Of a DNA stretch of 64,000 bases, positions 61,272-64,000 are shown piece by piece. Source of the stretch: an uncultured beta proteobacterium (GTDB taxonomy: Bacteria; Pseudomonadota; Gammaproteobacteria; Burkholderiales; Burkholderiaceae_C); the NCBI GenBank assembly GCA_963735095.1, contig CAVTJT010000014.1, forward strand, positions 268 through 64,267. Reading direction: 5' to 3'. The notes beneath the pieces were generated by a model. The model had not been told where the DNA came from, ran no database searches, and worked only from the letters and a program-made list of their open reading frames with translations. Both the position numbers and the translations under genes were made by a program. How positions within the stretch are numbered: position 1 is the stretch's first letter; every line of letters starts with the position of its first letter.

Positions 61272-61296
61272 GAGCCTTCGCGCATCGCGAAGGCTC
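61272..61296 (+). terminator. Perfect 11-bp stem / 3-nt loop hairpin after the DUF481 gene
   Basis: GAGCCTTCGCG-CAT-CGCGAAGGCTC lies 17 nt after the stop. Only GGTT follows, so it lacks a classic U-tract. Confidence 0.45.
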
Positions 61297-61364
61297 GGTT
61301 CACAATTGCCGCATCGACACTCCGTGCCCGCGAGCGAAGATGAAGCCCGCGCGCACCTGCCACG

Positions 61365-62294
61365 ATGCGCTTCGACCTCGTCACGCTCAACCTCGTGCTT
61401 GCCATTGCCGACACCCGCAGCATCACCCGCGGCGCCGAACGCGAGAGCCTGGCGTTGGCCGCTGCCAGCAAGCGGCTGTCCGATCTGGAGTCGCGCCTCG
61501 GCGTGAGCCTGTTTCGAGCGCCGCGCGCGCGGCGTCGAGCCCACCGAGGCCGGGCGCGCGCTGCTGCGCCACATCCGCACGCTGCATGCCTCGCTGCATG
61601 CGTTGGAGAGCGAGGTGGCCGAGTTCTCCCGCGGCATCAAGGGCCACCTGCGCGTGGCGGCGAACGCCAGCGCGATCGCCGAACACCTGCCGGCCGACCT
61701 GGCGGCGTTCGCCAAGGCCAACCCCGGCATCCGCATCAGCCTGGAGGAGATGACCAGCGTCGACGTGCAAAGCGCCGTGGTCGAAGGGCGCGCCGACGCC
61801 GGCATTTTCGTCGCACCGGTCCGCGAGACCGGGCTCGATTGCCGGGCTTATCGCGAGGGCACGCTGGCGATCCTGGTGCCGCGCGGGCATGCGCTGGCGC
61901 GCCGCAGCGGCCACGGCTTCGATGCGCTGCTGGATCACGACATCGTCGGCCTGCACGCCGGCGCCGCGGCCCAGGAGCAGATGCGCGAACGGGCCCAGGC
62001 GCTCGGCCGCACGCTGAACGCGCGCATGCAGGTGCACGGCTTCGACGCCATCGCGCAGCTGGTCGAGGCCGGCTTGGGCGTGGCGGTGTTGCCCGCTGCG
62101 GTGGCGCATCGCTTTGCGAAGGTGTTTCGCGTGTTGCCGCTGAAGCTCAATGAAGACTGGGCGCAGCGCCACTACCTGCTGGCGGTGCGCCGCCAGGAGG
62201 TGATGCCGCCGTCGCTGCAGCGTTTCGTCGTGGCGCTGGCTGCTGCGCCGAGCCCAGGTCCGAAAGCCGCCGTCGCGCGCACGCTCAGCCGCCT
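61365..62294 (+). pseudogene. LysR-family transcriptional regulator; frame break at 61512-61514 and undefined 3' end
   Basis: The HTH is MRFDLVTLNLVLAIADTRSITRGAERESLALAAASKRLSDLESRLGVSLF. The continuation ERRARGVEPTEAGRALL...substrate-binding domain... is in the frame of ORF 61603... That frame has no stop before leuC, so the end coordinate is only the first stop in an alternative frame. Confidence 0.7.
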
Positions 62295-62353
62295 GAGCGC
62301 GACGGGCGCGTTTCGGTTCACACTTCCACATCACGCATCCGAGGCCGACAACC

Positions 62354-63778
62354 ATGACCGCCCGCACGCTGTACGACAAAGTCTGGGACGACCACGTCGT
62401 TCACACCGAGGAAGACGGCACCACCGTCCTCTACATCGACCGACACCTGGTGCACGAGGTGACCAGCCCGCAGGCCTACGAGGGCTTGCGCCTGGCCGGT
62501 CGCAAGGTGTGGCGCGTGAGTTCGGTGGTGGCCACGGCCGACCACAACACGCCCACCACCGGCTGGGAGCGCGGCTACGACGGCATCGCCGACCCCACCA
62601 GCAAGCTGCAGGTCGTGACGCTCGACGCCAACATCAAGGCGCACGGCGCAGCGGCGTACTTTCCGTTCCTCGACAAGCGCCAGGGCATCGTGCACGTGAT
62701 CGGGCCGGAGAACGGCGCCACGCTGCCCGGCATGACGGTGGTGTGCGGCGACTCGCACACCAGCACGCACGGCGCATTCGGCGCGCTGGCCTTCGGCATC
62801 GGCACCAGCGAGGTCGAGCACGTGCTGGCCACGCAGACGCTGCTGGCCAAGAAGATGAAGAACCTGCTGATCAAGGTCGATGGCACGTTGCCCAAGGGCT
62901 GCAGCGCCAAGGACATCGTGCTGGCCATCATCGGCCGCATCGGCACCGCCGGCGGCACCGGCTCGACCATCGAGTTCGGCGGCGCGGCGATCCGCGCGCT
63001 GTCGATGGAAGGGCGCATGACGGTGTGCAACATGGCCATCGAGGCCGGCGCGCGCGCCGGCATGGTCGGTGTCGACGACACGACGATCAATTACGTGAAG
63101 GGGCGTCTGCTGGCGCCGCGTGCTGTCGAGTGGGAGCAGGCGGTGGCGCACTGGCGCACGCTGCACAGCGACCCGGACGCGCGCTTCGACAAGGTGGTCG
63201 AGCTCGATGCGTCGCAGATCCGGCCGCAGGTCACCTGGGGCACGTCGCCCGAGATGGTGCTGTCGATCGAGGACCGCGTGCCCGATCCCGATCGGGAGAA
63301 AGACGCGACCAAGCGCGATGCGATCGAGCGCGCGCTGGTTTACATGGGCCTCACGCCGAACAAGCCGCTGGCCGACATCGGCATCGACAAGGTGTTCATC
63401 GGCTCGTGCACCAACAGCCGCATCGAAGACCTGCGCGAAGCCGCGGCCATCGTGCGCCGCATCGGCCAGCGCGTGGCGCCGAGCGTGAAGCTGGCGATGG
63501 TGGTGCCGGGCTCGGGCCTGGTGAAGGCGCAAGCCGAGAAGGAAGGCCTGCACGAGATCTTTCTGGCGGCCGGATTCGAATGGCGTGAGCCGGGCTGCTC
63601 GATGTGCCTGGCGATGAACGCCGACCGCCTCGAGCCCGGCGAGCGCTGCGCCTCCACCAGCAACCGCAACTTCGAAGGGCGGCAGGGTGCCGGCGGCCGC
63701 ACCCACCTGGTGAGCCCGGCGATGGCCGCCGCCGCGGCGCTGAACGGCCACTTCGTCGACGTGCGGCGTTTCGCCTGA
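62354..63778 (+). CDS. leuC: 3-isopropylmalate dehydratase large subunit
   Basis: [16 protein letters not shown]...[15 protein letters not shown]...DHNTPT...[14 protein letters not shown]...[11 protein letters not shown]...CSMCLAMN...NRNFEGRQG. Confidence 0.95.
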   Translation: MTARTLYDKVWDDHVVHTEEDGTTVLYIDRHLVHEVTSPQAYEGLRLAGRKVWRVSSVVATADHNTPTTGWERGYDGIADPTSKLQVVTLDANIKAHGAAAYFPFLDKRQGIVHVIGPENGATLPGMTVVCGDSHTSTHGAFGALAFGIGTSEVEHVLATQTLLAKKMKNLLIKVDGTLPKGCSAKDIVLAIIGRIGTAGGTGSTIEFGGAAIRALSMEGRMTVCNMAIEAGARAGMVGVDDTTINYVKGRLLAPRAVEWEQAVAHWRTLHSDPDARFDKVVELDASQIRPQVTWGTSPEMVLSIEDRVPDPDREKDATKRDAIERALVYMGLTPNKPLADIGIDKVFIGSCTNSRIEDLREAAAIVRRIGQRVAPSVKLAMVVPGSGLVKAQAEKEGLHEIFLAAGFEWREPGCSMCLAMNADRLEPGERCASTSNRNFEGRQGAGGRTHLVSPAMAAAAALNGHFVDVRRFA

Positions 63779-63793
63779 ACCAAGGAGCACACG

Positions 63794-64000
63794 ATGCAAG
63801 CCTTCACCGTGCACAAGGGAATCGTGGCGCCGATGGACCGCGCCAACGTCGACACCGACGCCATCATCCCGAAGCAGTTCTTGAAGTCGATCGCGCGTTC
63901 GGGCTTCGGCCAGAACCTGTTCGATGCCTGGCGCTTTCTCGATGCGGGTGAGCCGGGACAGGATCCGGCCACCCGCAGGCCCAACCCGGATTTCGTGTTG
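63794..64000 (+). CDS. leuD: 3-isopropylmalate dehydratase small subunit (3' end outside window)
   Basis: My own translation from ATG 63794, with AAGGAG upstream, gives [48 protein letters not shown]... The frame is open to the window end. Confidence 0.9.
   Translation, partial: MQAFTVHKGIVAPMDRANVDTDAIIPKQFLKSIARSGFGQNLFDAWRFLDAGEPGQDPATRRPNPDFVL

Overview
Very GC-rich chromosomal segment. Gene content and protein similarities suggest a betaproteobacterium of the Burkholderiales type; this is an inference, with no search run and G+C not computed.

Gene layout:
- Left third, flagellar regulon: flhA (3' part), flhF, a P-loop-less flhG-like gene, fliA, a soluble MCP-like gene and a PAS histidine kinase. 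flgN-flgM-flgA lie on the minus strand, divergent from flgBCDEFGHIJKL.
- A tightly spaced four-gene c-di-GMP/Hpt signalling block follows flgL.
- Middle: MFS transporter, TPP-dependent enzyme, then a TCA cluster. On the minus strand are acnB, two small ORFs, two paralogous secreted proteins, a citE-like gene and mdh. On the plus strand are a GntR/HutC regulator and sdhCDAB-sdhE-gltA.
- Right third: a DUF547/ATP-grasp/patatin trio. An ergothioneine locus has egtB and egtD divergent, with an SMR pump, an extra methyltransferase and a YHS-type protein. DUF2855 follows.
- Then a GntR-controlled methylmalonyl pathway operon (mutase, meaB, pccB, pccA, epimerase), a DUF481 outer-membrane protein, a LysR regulator and leuC-leuD (3' end cut).
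- I found no rRNA, tRNA, CRISPR array, transposase, integrase or phage genes.

Two window-wide signals stand out:
1. At least eight copies of a 75-125 nt palindromic element, all in the same orientation. Most abut TGA stop codons inside operons, and one lies inside the pccA reading frame.
2. About twenty small indel-type frame breaks in otherwise well-conserved genes. Several sit in short mononucleotide runs and some are mutually compensating. The sequence may therefore be error-prone rather than the genes truly dead.

Nothing here supports a named novel defence or mobile system. The most unusual biology is the repeat family and its relation to coding sequence.
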